From NCBI RefSeq assembly GCF_020745735.1, contig NC_083418.1, forward strand, positions 5,677,374-5,741,373: a DNA stretch of 64,000 nt, given 5' to 3'. The translations under genes were made by a program, and so were the position numbers. The notes beneath the pieces were generated by a model, which searched no databases, was not told the origin of the DNA, and saw nothing but the letters and a program-made list of their open reading frames with translations. Source of the DNA: Hemiscyllium ocellatum (taxonomy: Eukaryota). Positions 11,777 to 23,729 of the stretch are shown here, in pieces; position 1 is the stretch's first letter, and the number at the start of each line of letters is the position of its first letter.

Positions 11777-13011
11777 ACAGTGGGGCCACAAACTCGATCG
11801 ATCTGTCCCGCCAGCGGAGATTGCATTGTTCAAAGCAGATTGGGTTTGCCGTGCGGGACAGATACTGAACTCAGTCATGCACAGAGACGGTGTAACAGGT
11901 TGCAAGTACATGAGGGGTGGGCCGGATTCGGACACACGCTACGATAGAGACTGAATTATAAATGCAGGGTAACAAGTGTTATGGGGAGAATTCTGGAGAA
12001 CGGGGTTGAGAACCATATCAGCCATGATCGAATGGCGGAGCAGACTAAATGGGCTAAATGTACTCTTCGACTTCCTCCACATTCTGGCCTATCAGGCCAT
12101 CTGGCACACAAGGACATAGAAACAGAATTTTTTTTCAGTTCCAAAACTTCCCGTCAGAGCTGGTGAAACTGCTGTGATGGAACATGTTGGAAACAAATTT
12201 AGGGACTGGGAAAATGGCAGGAGAGGAAATAATAAAAGGGAAACTCAGTTTCAAGTGGGAAGCCAGGAGATATCAATGAAAAAGGGAGGGTGTAGAAAGG
12301 CGGAGGGAGATAGTTATGGAAATAAAAGCATGAATGGCCCTGAAATATTAACTCTGCTTTCCCTTCCCAGATGTTGCCAACATTGCTGACATTTTCCAGC
12401 AATTTCTGTTTTTGTTACAGAAAGAGACGATCAGTGAATAATCTTCGACCAATCATCTCTCCCTGCTCTGGGAATATTTCACTTCCCGTTTCACTAGATT
12501 ACTTCGGTCCAACAATGTAAGGTCACAACCCTGCCCCAGCCGAATTCTCCCCACCCCCACTTCCACTTCTGGTCCCAGGCCCATTATCAAGAAGAAACTG
12601 TGTGTTGCAGAAAACCACGTGGGCAGACAAGAAGATAGTTTTCCATGTGAATTGGGAAACATTCAGGGAGTTTCCTTAGGTTTCAATCAAATCCTTCAGA
12701 ATCTGTTAATTCTGGATCAGGATCATTAGACATGGACCTGACACTGACAGTGCCCCCCACCCCCGGCAAGTGGGCATTTTCGTTTTGCAACTGTGAGCAG
12801 ATTATTTGGTTCACGGTTGGAGTGGAACCCACAGCTTTGAAATGGGGCATCATTCATCATATAATCTCCTGCTTGGATATATTGTATCCGCCACTTCTCA
12901 TGAAGTAAAAACGGTTTTTAATCCAAAAATTGACTTATGAATGAAAGCAATGGGAGCTAATAAGTGTGGTCCTGAATCAACACAGAAAGGGGAATGGAGA
13001 GGTGAGATCCA

Positions 13012-13084
13012 ATTCAAAAGTGGGTCTTGAGCCCACGACCCAGAGATTTAGAGTGTTATGCTCTACCGACTGAGCTAACCTGGT
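13012..13084 (-). pseudogene. tRNA-Lys(CTT)-derived pseudogene; anticodon position now reads CTA
   Basis: Minus strand accaggttagctcagtcggtagagcataacactctaaatctctgggtcgtgggctcaagacccacttttg. D arm/A box is perfect; anticodon and acceptor stems are mismatched. Confidence 0.85.
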
Positions 13085-13134
13085 TGAAATAGCTGAGATG
13101 CATAATTGTGTTTGTTTTAAACGACTGAAAATGT

Positions 13135-14200
13135 TACAAAGACGATTGATGAGGGCAGAGCGGTGAACGAGATCTATGAGGATATCAGGGAGGGTGTTGA
13201 CGAGGTTTCAAATGGGACACTGCTTAGGAAGGTTAGATCACATGGACTAGTATTTGAAGGGCTTATGCTCGAAACGTCGAATTCTCTATTCCTGAGATGC
13301 TGCCTAACCTGCTGTGCTTTGACCAGCAACACATTTGCAGCTAGATCACATGGACATCAATCGAAATAACTAGTTGGAGACAGAACTGGCGAGATGGTAG
13401 TAGACAGACGGTTGTGGTGGAGTGTTTCTTTTTTAGACTGGAGTTCTGTGACCAATGCTGTACCACAAGGATATTTGCTGGGCCCACGACTTTTCATTAT
13501 GAACATAAATTATTTGAATATGAACGTAGGCCGTACAGTTTAAAAAAGGTGGAGATGACACCATAATTGTAGGCGTAGTGGACAGGAAGAGGATTACCTC
13601 CGATTACATTGTGATTTTGATTGTAAAGTCCAATGAGCCGAGGAGTGGCGGATGAAGATGAAAATTGAGATGCTACTTTTGGAAAAACAAATCAGAGCAG
13701 GAGTTTTACATTTAATATTAAGCTCCTTGGCAGTGTTGCTGAAAAAAAGAGACCTTGGAGTGAGGATTCATAGTACCTTGGAAGGCGATTAACAGGTAAA
13801 TAGAATAGTGAAGAAAGGGATTATTATGCTTGTCTGAATTGTTCAAAATATTGGGCTTAGATATTCGGAAGTCCTGTTGCAGCTGTAAAAGCCACTGGTT
13901 CGGTACTTTTAGAATACTGTGTGCATTTATGATGTCCCTGCAACCGAAATATGTTCAGAATATTGAATTGTACCATAGATTCTTGACAATCATGGTGCCC
14001 CGACTGAAGGGTTTGATATACAGTGAGTGGCTAAAAAGATTCGTGATATTTCCAGTCAAGGTCTGATGCTGAGAGGTGACCTTGTTGAGGTTTATAAAGT
14101 CACGAGGAGTGGATAGGAAATATAGATAAGGTCTTTTCTCGGAGTGGGCATGCCCAAGACTTCACAGCGTAAATTTACGGTGAGATGGGAAAATCTTCCA
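13135..14200 (+). mobile_element. Old CR1 RT/3' fragment
   Basis: Degenerate VPQG (gtaccacaagga), DDT (gatgacacc) and gagaggtgaccttgttgaggtttataaa motifs. Confidence 0.8.
13248..13341 (+). mobile_element. 94-bp PLE-tail insertion flanked by a 14-bp direct repeat
   Basis: tagatcacatggac at 13234-13247 and 13342-13355; the insert reads tgaagggcttatgctcgaaacgtcgaattc..gatgctgcctaacctgctgtgc. Confidence 0.85.
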
Positions 14201-14504
14201 CCACATTTCCTTTGGTGATTATATGATGAATGATATTAATATTAGTGAATGTAACAGACCACGCGTCAGGAGATACATCTGAGTTTGCAGTTGACTGAAT
14301 GAGCTGCAATTGTTCCGGGCCCTTAGACACTCGAATATCTGAACTGCTACAATGCCTGATTGAAGATTTCTGATTCTTACCTCCACACATTCGGAAACGG
14401 CAGATAGCATCCCAATGAGACCTTTCAGAGCCTGCTTTGGGAAACATTTGAGCAAAAGCCATAAGCAGGAATTCGATATTCACCGTGACAGTGGAAAAAT
14501 GAGG

Positions 14505-14572
14505 GTTCTCCTTGTCCCTGAAACGGCCCGCCATGACAGAGAAAGCAAATGCAGCACTACCTTTACAGAAAG
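14505..14572 (-). pseudogene. tRNA-Val pseudogene (module paralog)
   Basis: Minus strand ctttctgtaaaggtagtgctgcatttgc..gtttcagggacaaggagaac. Confidence 0.35.
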
Positions 14573-15388
14573 GATAAGTGTATGGTAACTACAGTCTTAA
14601 ACAGGGTGGCCACCGGTGCAGTACACATTGGCGGATATTCAGGAGCAGCGAGGAGAGAAACATCACAAAGTTAGCACGTAGTCTGAATTATATTCATTTT
14701 CACCACTGCAGCAGATAGGGATGAGCAAATTCAAAGTAGATCAATGTCGCCCAGGGTTATTGGCATTGTTGGAAACGAATGAAAATCTCGTGAAATTTTT
14801 ACAAGGATGATGCTAGGTTTAGACTGTAGGATGAGGTTAAATAGGATGCAACAACTTTCCCTGGAGGCTGATGAAAATTCGTAATTGCACTCTGGAATAG
14901 GATGGCCATCGGTATTGTACACATCGGCGCTAAGTCAGGATCAAAAATGACAGAAATTTTAAAAGCAGTTCACACAGCAATTGAATTCGAATTGTATTCA
15001 TTTTCAACACGGCAGCAGTGATGAGGGGTAAAGTTAAAACAAGGTTTGCTGCTGGGAACTGCAAGAAAGCCCAGTGTACGACAATCCTGAAGCCTGTCGC
15101 TGGTAAAAAGGGAGCACCAATCTTTCTTTTGCACAAAAAGCAAACGGGTACTTCTGCTCTACAGAAAGAATTGGGTCTGCCAACTGTCCTGCTAGAAAAT
15201 AGCAGGTTTTAGAAACGTGCGCATATCCAACATCTTGAAGAAGGAAAATCTGACGAAATCACGCACAACAATTAACTGGATTTGCATTCTTTTTCATCAC
15301 AACAGCAGGCATGAGCAGGGACATGAAAAGCAAGGTTTGCTGGCAACAACAGCAAACAGCAAGCTCTAAACATGTCAACACACTTCTT

Positions 15389-15462
15389 TTTCTCCACGGC
15401 CATTTGAAGCAGCGATCCATTCTATGGGAGGTGAACATGATAGTCACGCCTCCCACAAATAC
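15389..15462 (-). pseudogene. tRNA-Val pseudogene (third paralog of 5211 and 11703)
   Basis: Minus strand gtgactatcatgttcacctcccatag..gcttcaaat versus GTGGTTATCACGTTCGCCTCACAC. Confidence 0.5.
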
Positions 15463-16112
15463 AACAAATACAATTTGGGTAGACATGGATAGAAGAAGTG
15501 TCTCTGCCACCGCAATTTAACTCTGCTTTCCTTTCCCAGATGCTGCAGACCTTCTGAAATTTTCCAGGAATTCATGTTGTGCTACGGAAGCAGAAGATGG
15601 GAGTGCCTGGATGAATCTAGGCTCTGGTAATGTAATGATTTCCCATTCCCCCAGATGTCTTCTGTCCAATACTGAAATCTCACATTCTTGACCAATCACG
15701 ACACCCGCTACTAAGAATAAACTCTCTGTTGTGTAAACACACATCAGCACATAAGAAAAACATTTTCCATATGAGTTGGGAAACGTTCAGGGAGAGTTTC
15801 TTTCGTTTTCCATCAGAACATTCTGAATTGACATGGGGCCGTCACTGACTCCAGAAAATGGGCATTCTCACTCCGTGATTTGAGTGGTTTGATGAGTGCA
15901 CTGTTGGATTGTAACCATTGGGAGAGTCATCATTCATCGTATATGTGGCTGCACTAATAAACATACTCTGACACTTCCACTAAAGTTGAGACAAATTTCA
16001 CTCAGAAACCGACGTGTGAAGAAAAGCAGGATGGAAGAGCACGCACGCCCCTATGATGCATGGTGATACTAAACGTGAAACAGAGAACTGGGATCCGATT
16101 AAAAAGTCAAAG

Positions 16113-16185
16113 GTACCAGCATGGGGCTCGAAACCTCGAGATTGAAAGTAAAAACCGCATGCTGTAACGACTGAGCTAGATTCAC
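16113..16185 (-). pseudogene. tRNA-Lys pseudogene followed by a Pol III T5 terminator
   Basis: Minus strand ctagctcagtcgttacagcatgcggtttttac..gtttcgagccccatgctgg, then ttttt (plus-strand aaaaa at 16101-16105). Confidence 0.7.
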
Positions 16186-16892
16186 CATGGTAGCAGCTCA
16201 TTCCATTCCCATCTCATTCTGAGGATAATCCAACTGGGAACTCAGTTTCCAAGGATCCATTTCAACCTCCCAAACACAAGTGTCATCATTCACACCTTCC
16301 ACTCATCAGCTGTTATTCCTTCAGAATATTACAGACTATGTCAGTTCACGTTTCGAAATTTATGATTCGATATGACATTTGAATATTTTTTCCCTCATCT
16401 TTAAGCCACAAATCGGATTCTCTGTCACTCTGGGAGATGGTGAATCCCGTCATTTCTCTTTCAGCCTGCAGAGAATCCAGTCTTCCTGAAAGTCCTCACT
16501 ATCCACACTTCCTTTGTTCTACCTCTACCTGCCTACAAATTTTACTATAGCAGACAGACGTTTGGTTGAAAAAAACTTTCCAAGAACTAAAATATTTTTC
16601 TGCAGCCGGTACCAAATTAAAGTGGAACATTTGCCCCTTTCACACGGGGAGCGCGGTCCATAACGAAAGAGTTTGTATAAAGTGAGTCGAGGATTGGGCA
16701 GGAAGCCGATAATTGAAGCTGCAGTGGCTGTTTTCTGCTGGCAACGGGGGATTGGAGAGAATGAGGTCACACCCTGCTTAGCCTCCCAGTCTCATTGCCT
16801 GTGGAATCAGCGTGAAACGTAGATGAGTTCTCGGGAGTGGAATATCAGTACGTGGCTGGTCTCAATGCTTCATCTGAAATATTTGACGGTAT

Positions 16893-16958
16893 TTACCGGG
16901 GTTGACTCAAATTACGAATCTTTCGGTCAAATATTTTGACCAATTGAGTCACAGAAAC
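16893..16958 (-). pseudogene. tRNA-Asn pseudogene (paralog of 7639)
   Basis: Minus strand gtttctgtgactcaattggtc..gaccgaaagattcgtaatttgagtcaaccc, with a similar internal deletion. Confidence 0.55.
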
Positions 16959-18049
16959 TGTCATCAAAAGGAGCCATGTAAATTCCGCTCAAGCACGGTG
17001 GCGACGACGTGTTGGACAGAAGGAGCTCTCACTGTTTTCTGCGTCTGTCACTAATTTGACCACTTTCATCACTGAGTGACTCCGAAGCCTAAGGAGACGC
17101 AAACACCGCAGCCTGCATATGTCTTTGCTGGCTATTGCCTCGAATATTTCACCCGCAGTTTTGGTAGTGGAGGAATTCGAAACTATGACGTGATATAAAT
17201 TGGAGCTTAAATCCAGCACCTGGAAATGCTCACCCACTCTGCCACACAAAGCTCCAGTATGAAATTCGTCATGGCTAGTTTTCCATCATCACTTCACTTC
17301 AGACACTCAACCTTCCTATTTTTTCAGTTTGCAGGATATGGACTGCAGCGCGAAGCTGAGTCGGCTGCAATAATTTTCCCTGCCGACTCGAGCTGTAGGA
17401 TGGCCTTACACTGAAGTTTGTAACATCATGAGGGAGACGGATCGAGTGAAATGTCAATGAGTCTTTTTTTTTCACAAGGCAGGCGAGTTCAAAACTTGAG
17501 AGCACGGGTTAAAAGTGCGACCCATAAATTTTAAACGGGATCTGAAGGGCATTTGTTTTTCAGACAGAAGGTTTTGAGTGTGTGGAAAAAATTTCCAAAG
17601 AAAGCGTCAGGGTCTCGATGACGCGAAACTTCAAAAGCATCTTGATAGGTATCTCAACAGGATGGATTTAGAGGGATAAATGACAGATGTTGTCAAATAG
17701 TGCGAGATTAATTTCGGATATCTGTTCAGCAGGGATGAGTTGGAATGGGAGTTCTATTTCAGTGGTCAGCACCTCTGAGATCCAGTCCTTCAGGTTTCCT
17801 TCCGCGCCCACATCTCCGGTACTTCTTGTGAAGGTGACTTCTACAGCCTTCCAAAGAGGCACAAAGCCAACATACCAGGAAATTTCATTGTATGAAGCAT
17901 TGGGACCTGAAGTGTGATACTGACTGGCTCTGTCGAATGCACCTTAAAACGCCCAGCTTCTGCTACCAGAACAATGGGACACAGACAGACTTTTGCCTAC
18001 TGCAGTATATGAGCTGAAATAGCACCTCTTGTAAAAGTTAACCTGAGAA

Positions 18050-18350
18050 TTTAAGTTTAAAAATTTCTGAGGTTTACATAGGAAATTGCCAAAACTCACT
18101 TGGTCATTGTAAAGATGAACGACTTAACAGACAATCCAGTTTGTTCCAATCTATCATTTCAGTGGCATCACACTGTAATCGTTTGTTATTAATTCTGTGT
18201 CATATGATCTTATATTCCATAACCACCTGATGAAGAAGCAGCGCTCTGAACGTTAGTGCTTTTTGAATGAAGGTGTTGGATGATAACCTTACGTCCCCTT
18301 TATTTTTCATTTTGTCTGCCTCAACTCAACGCCAGCACCTCCAAATTGTT
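18050..18350 (+). mobile_element. PLE 3' tail with a degenerate hammerhead motif
   Basis: ccacctgatgaagaagcagcgctctgaacgttagtgc at about 18224-18260 (CTGATGA-stem-GAA layout). Confidence 0.6.
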
Positions 18351-18714
18351 ATTACACAAACCTGACTCACAAACCCTCCTGTTCAATTCGCCAGAATGAC
18401 CCTAATCCTTTGAAGTTAGGTTTCCTGATTTTATTAACACAGTTAATGTGCCCCGATAGGATGATCACATCCTCTTTATCCTGTTTCTTGAAACAGCTGA
18501 AAATATCAGTATGAGGCCAATGGAAGAGGAGGTTATTTTACTCTGTCCGTTTTGAGTGGACACTATTCATCGTGAATACTCTGTTTTTCCAAAAGTTGGT
18601 TTAAAAGCAAGTCTGACTGAGCAACATTGATACATAGAACATAGAACATAGAAAAATACAGCGCAGTACAAGCCCTTCGGCCCTCGATGTTGCGCCGACC
18701 GAAGCATACCTAAC

Positions 18715-21580
18715 CTACACTAGCCCAATAACCTCCATATGCTTATCCAATTCCCGCTCAAATGACCATAAAGAGGGAGAGTCCACCACTGCTACTGGCA
18801 GGGCCTTCCAAGAACTCACAACCCGCTGAGTAAATAATCTACCCCTAACACCCCTTAATTTAAAGCTGTGCCTCCTAATAACAGCTGACTCCATTATTGG
18901 AAAAAGATTCTCACTGTCAACCCCATCTAAACGTCTAATCATCTTGTACAGCTCTATCAAATCTCCCCGAAACCTTCTTTTCTCCAATGAGAACAGCCCC
19001 AAGTGCCTCAGCCTTTCCTCATACGATCTTCCTACCATGCCACGCAACATCCTGGTAAACCTCCTCTGCACCCGTTCCAATGGCTCCACATCCGTCCTAC
19101 AGTATGGCGACCAAAACGGCACACAACACTCCAGATGAGGCCGCACCAGAGTCTTATAAAACTGCAACATGACCTCAGGACTCCGGAACTCAATTCCTCT
19201 ACCAATAAAGCCCAGCACACCATATGCCTTCTTCACAGCACTATTACCATGGGTGGCAACTTTCAGAGATCTGTGTACATGGACACCAAGATCCCTCTGC
19301 TCATCCACACTACCAAGTAGTATACCATTAGCCCAGTAATCCATCTTCTTGTTACTCCTACCAAAGTGAATGACTTCACACTTAGCTACATTGAACTCCA
19401 TTTGCCACCTTTCTGCCCAGTTCTTCAATTTATCTATATCCCGCTGTAACCTGCCACATCCTTCTTCGCTGTCCACAACTCCACCGACTTTCGTATCATC
19501 CGCAAACGTGCTCACCCAGCCTTCACGCCCCTCCTCCAGGTCATTTATAAAAATGACTAACAGCAATGGTCCCAAATCAGATCCTTGTGAAACATCGCTA
19601 GTAAGTGCACTCCAAGATGAACCTATACCATCAACTACTACCCTCTGTCTCCTTCCAGCCAGCCAATTCCTAATCCAAACCTCTATTGCACCCGCAGTGC
19701 CATACCCCCGTAATTTTTGCAGTAGCCTACCGTGGGGTACCTTATCGAACGCCTTGCAAAAATCCACATACAGCACATCTACTGCTTTACCCTCGTCCAC
19801 TTCCTTGGTCACCTTCTCAAAGAACTCAACAAGGTTTGTGAGGCACAACCTGCCCTTCACAAAACCATGCTGACTATCCTTGATCATATTATACCTATCC
19901 AGATGTTCACAAATCCTATCCCTTACAATTCTCTCTAAGACTTGGCCACAACAGAAGTGAGACTCAATGGCCTATAGTTACTAAGGCTATGCCTCCTCCC
20001 CTTCTTGAACAAGGGTACCACATTCGCTATACTGCAGTCTTCTGGCACTATTCCTGTAGACAACGATGACATAAAAATCAAGGCCTATGGCTCCACTATC
20101 TCCTCCCTAGCTTCCCAGAGGATCCTTGGATAAATGCCATCGGGCCCAGGGGACTTATCTATTTTCATCCTTTCCAGTATTCCCCAGACCTCTTCCCTAC
20201 ATACCTCAAGGCCATCCATTCTAATCACTTGTGACTCAATACTCACATCAGCAACAATGTCCTGTTCCTGAGTGAATACTGACGAAAAGTATTCATTTAG
20301 TGTCTCTCCAATCTCCTCTGCCTCCACGCACAACTTCCCACTACGATCCTTGACTGGACCGATACCTACCCTCGTCATCCTTTTTTTCCTGACATACCTA
20401 TAGAAAGCCTTTGGGTTTTCCCAAATCCTACCAACTAAGGAATTTTCATGTCCCCTTCTCGCTGCTCTTAGCTCTCTCTTTAGATCCTTCCTGGCTACCT
20501 TTTCACTCTCAATCGCCCCAACTGAATCTTCACACCTCCACTTTACATAGGCCGCCCAATTCCCTTTCACAAGGGATTCCAATTCCTTATTAAACCACGG
20601 CTCCCTCACAAGACCCTTTCCTCCTGGCCTGACTGGTACATACTTATCAAGGACACCCAATACCTGCTCCTTGAACAAGCTCCACATATCATTTGTGTGC
20701 TTTACTTGAAGCCTATTTTTCCAATCAACGCATCCTAAGTCATGCCTCACCGCATCATAACTTCCCTGCCCCCAGCTATAACTCTTGCTCTGCAGTGCGC
20801 ACTTATCCCTCTCCATCACTAGAGTAAAAGTCACCGAGTTGTGGTCACTGTACCCGAAGTGCTCACCTACCTCCAAGTCTAACACCTGGCCTGGTTCATT
20901 ACCTAGAACCAAATCCAGTGTAGCCTCACCTCTTGTTGGCCTGTCTACATATTGTGTCAGGAAACCCTCCTGCACACATTGGACAAACACCGACCCATCT
21001 AATGAACTCGAGCTACAGTTCTCCCAGTCAATATCTGGGAAGTTAAAGTCCCCCATAACAACCACCCTGCTACCTTCACTCTTTTCCTGAATCATCCTCG
21101 CAATATTATCCTCTACTTCTCTAGGACTATTAGGAGGCCTGTAGAAAACACCTAACAGGGTGACCTCACCTTTCCTATTTCTAACCTCAGCCCAAACTAC
21201 CTCAGATGGCAAGTCCTCTTCCATAGTCCATTCCACTGCTGTAATACTATCTTTGACAAGTAATGCCACACCTCCCCCTTTTTTACCCCCATGTCTGATC
21301 CTACTAAAACATTTAAACCCTGGAACCTGCAACAGCCATTCTTGTCCCTGTTCTACCCACGTCTCTGTAATGGCCACAACATCGAACTCCCAGGTACCAA
21401 CTCACGCTGCAAGTTCACCTACCTTATTTCTTATACTTCTGGCATTGAAGTATACACACTTCAATCCACCCTTCTGTTTACAGGCACCCTCCTTCGAGAT
21501 CGCTGCATTATTCATAACCTCCCTACACTCAAGGTCCTGTACCCTGAAGCTACAGTCCAGGTTCCCATGCCCCAGCGGAG
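18715..21580 (-). pseudogene. CR1 ORF2 (APE endonuclease plus reverse transcriptase), disabled
   Basis: YFNARS, ITETW, YRPP, MGDFN, SDHN, KSPGPDG, QHGF, AFDKV, QGS, FADDTK. In-frame stops at 21402 and 20085, plus a frameshift between 20084 and 19888. Confidence 0.95.
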
Positions 21581-22507
21581 TTAGTTTAAACCCTCCCAAA
21601 GAGCACTAGCAAACCTCCCCCCAAGGATACTGGTGCCCCTCAGGTTCAGGTGTAGACCATCCTTTTTATAGAGGTCCCACCTTCCCCAGAAAGAACCCCA
21701 GTTGTCCAGAAACCGGAATCCCTCCCTCCTGCACCATCCCTGTAGCCACTCATTTAACTGCTCTCTCTCCCTATTCCTCGACTCTCTATCACGTGGCACG
21801 GGTAACAAACCAGAGACTACAACTCTGTTTGTTCTAACTCTGAGCTTCCAACCTAGCTCCCTGAAAGCCTGTCTGACATCCTCACACCTCTTCTTACCTA
21901 TATCGTTGGTGCCAACGTGGACCACGATCTGGGGCTGCTCCCCCTCCCCCTTAAGGATCCGGAAAACACGATCAGCGACATCACGTACCCTTGCACCTGG
22001 GAGGCAACATACCAAACGTGATTCACTGTTGCCCCCACAAAACCGTCTGTCTGTACCCCTCACTATCGAGTCCCCAAGAACTATCGCTCTACCTTTCTCC
22101 ACCCTTCCCTTCTGAGCAACGGGGCCAGGCTCCGTGCCAGAGGCCTGAACCTCGTTGCTTGCCCCTGGTAAGTCATCCCCCCCACAAGTATCCAAAATGG
22201 TATACTTGTTCTTGAGGTGAATGACCGCAGGGGGTCCCTGCACTGGCTTCCTCCTCCCACTCCCCCTCACTGTCACCCATCTATCTTGAACTTTCGGAGT
22301 AACTACTTCCCTAAAGCTCTGATCTATGACCCTCTCTGCCTCCCGAATGATCCGAAGTTCATCCAAATCCAGCTCCAGTTCCCTAACACGGGCTTGGAGG
22401 AGCTGGAGATGGGTGCACTTCTTGCAAGTGTACTCAGCAGGGACGCTAATGGCTTCCCTCACCTCATACATGTTGCAAGAGGAACATTGCACTGCCTGCA
22501 CTGCCAT
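21581..22507 (-). CDS. CR1 ORF1p: Zn finger, leucine zipper and SGNH esterase; open 308 aa
   Basis: CSSC..CKKC; LQLLQARVRELELDLDEL; IVLGDSIVRG, VVHVGTND, DGLHLN. Confidence 0.93.
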   Translation of the reverse strand: MAVQAVQCSSCNMYEVREAISVPAEYTCKKCTHLQLLQARVRELELDLDELRIIREAERVIDQSFREVVTPKVQDRWVTVRGSGRRKPVQGPPAVIHLKNKYTILDTCGGDDLPGASNEVQASGTEPGPVAQKGRVEKGRAIVLGDSIVRGTDRRFCGGNSESRLVCCLPGARVRDVADRVFRILKGEGEQPQIVVHVGTNDIGKKRCEDVRQAFRELGWKLRVRTNRVVVSGLLPVPRDRESRNREREQLNEWLQGWCRREGFRFLDNWGSFWGRWDLYKKDGLHLNLRGTSILGGRFASALWEGLN

Positions 22508-22957
22508 CCCTCTAAAAAGCTAGCTTTCTTTAAAAAAAACTAAATGTAAAGAAACCAAACAAGCAAAACGCAGCTCTTACCTGCTTGCCGCAACGGGTCT
22601 TATTATTTAGGTTAGAGGAGGAGGGCGGGTGGGAGGCTCTTCTGCCAAAGTGCCTCGGGTTACTCGCCTGCGCGTTTAAATAGAGAAAAAACCCTACCCA
22701 GGTAACCTAGCAACACAAGCCTCCGGGTCTACCCGGCGTTATTTTTAAAAAAAACTTTTTAAATTTTTAGTTTAAAAAAGTTTAAAAAAAGTTAAGTACT
22801 GGAACTTACAACTTAAATTTTTAGTTTTTAAAACAAAATAAGAAAAACTAAGAACTGGAACTCACCCTGGACTTCGAACCGGACAAACAGCCGTCACGTG
22901 ATCCTCCGAGAAACTGAGGCCTACAGCTCGCCTGCGCGTTTAAATAGAGAAAAAAAT

Positions 22958-23150
22958 GAGATGTGCAGATTAGGTGAATTGGTGATGCTAATTTGCACAG
23001 GATCTTCCGGGTGCACAAGTTTATAAAGTTTAGTCGGGGTAAATGCAAAATAATACGCTAGTGAAGTGAGTCCGGGTTGGTTTGCTCTTTGGAGAGTCAG
23101 TGTGAACTTTTTGGACGAAGCAGCCTGCTTCAACACTGTTGGGATTCTCT
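22958..23150 (+). mobile_element. HE1-type SINE, 3' portion
   Basis: gatgtgcagattaggtgaattgg..gctaatttg..gtcagtgtgaac..gcctgcttcaacactgttgggattct. Confidence 0.7.
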
Positions 23151-23729
23151 GAAGACTTCCCTGTCCCTTTTAAATGGAAAAAAGTCTTGAAATCCCCCTC
23201 ACAGGAAAGGCCAAAATTCCATCTGTTGCTTTAATTATTTTCTGCACCTGAATGCTGAAGGTTTGAGCTTCATACATAAAAATACCCACACCCATTTGTG
23301 CTCTACTATTTTTGGAGTCTGCCTTCATTTAAATAACAAACAAGATTTTTGATTCCTCTGACAACATGATGACACTTTCTTCTCACATATAACTCCCATC
23401 ATCAAAGATGCTTCCCTCTCATTCAATCTATGTGTATATCATTACAAATGATTTCTGATCTTATCACAACACACATTACCCACTTTTTCTTTGCGGCTAA
23501 AATGAATACATTGCATTCTGCCCCTGCAAGCCACTCGTATAAATTGTGAATAATTGAAGATCTAGAGCTAATTCTGTTATACTCCAATGACTACTCCTTT
23601 CTAAATTGATAAAACGACATATTGTTTCCAATTCTGATTGTTAATCAAGTTTTATTCAATTCTCATATATTACTCGCTAAATTGACAGCTTCTTAAATAA
23701 TCTATAATTGACAATTTTGCGAATGTCTG

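Larger units (their letters stand above)
18632..22900 (-). mobile_element. Near full-length CR1 LINE (HER1-like)
   Basis: 5' UTR, ORF1, ORF2 (EN plus RT), a 3' UTR and a (TTCTATG)n tail, all in order. Confidence 0.97.

Noticed and set aside
1-17800. Functional tRNA genes
   Set aside because: Every copy has broken stems or damaged A/B boxes, so all are called pseudogenes.
19370-22115. Plus-strand ORFs of 100-167 aa (also 49350..49898)
   Set aside because: Antisense shadows of CR1 ORF1 and ORF2.
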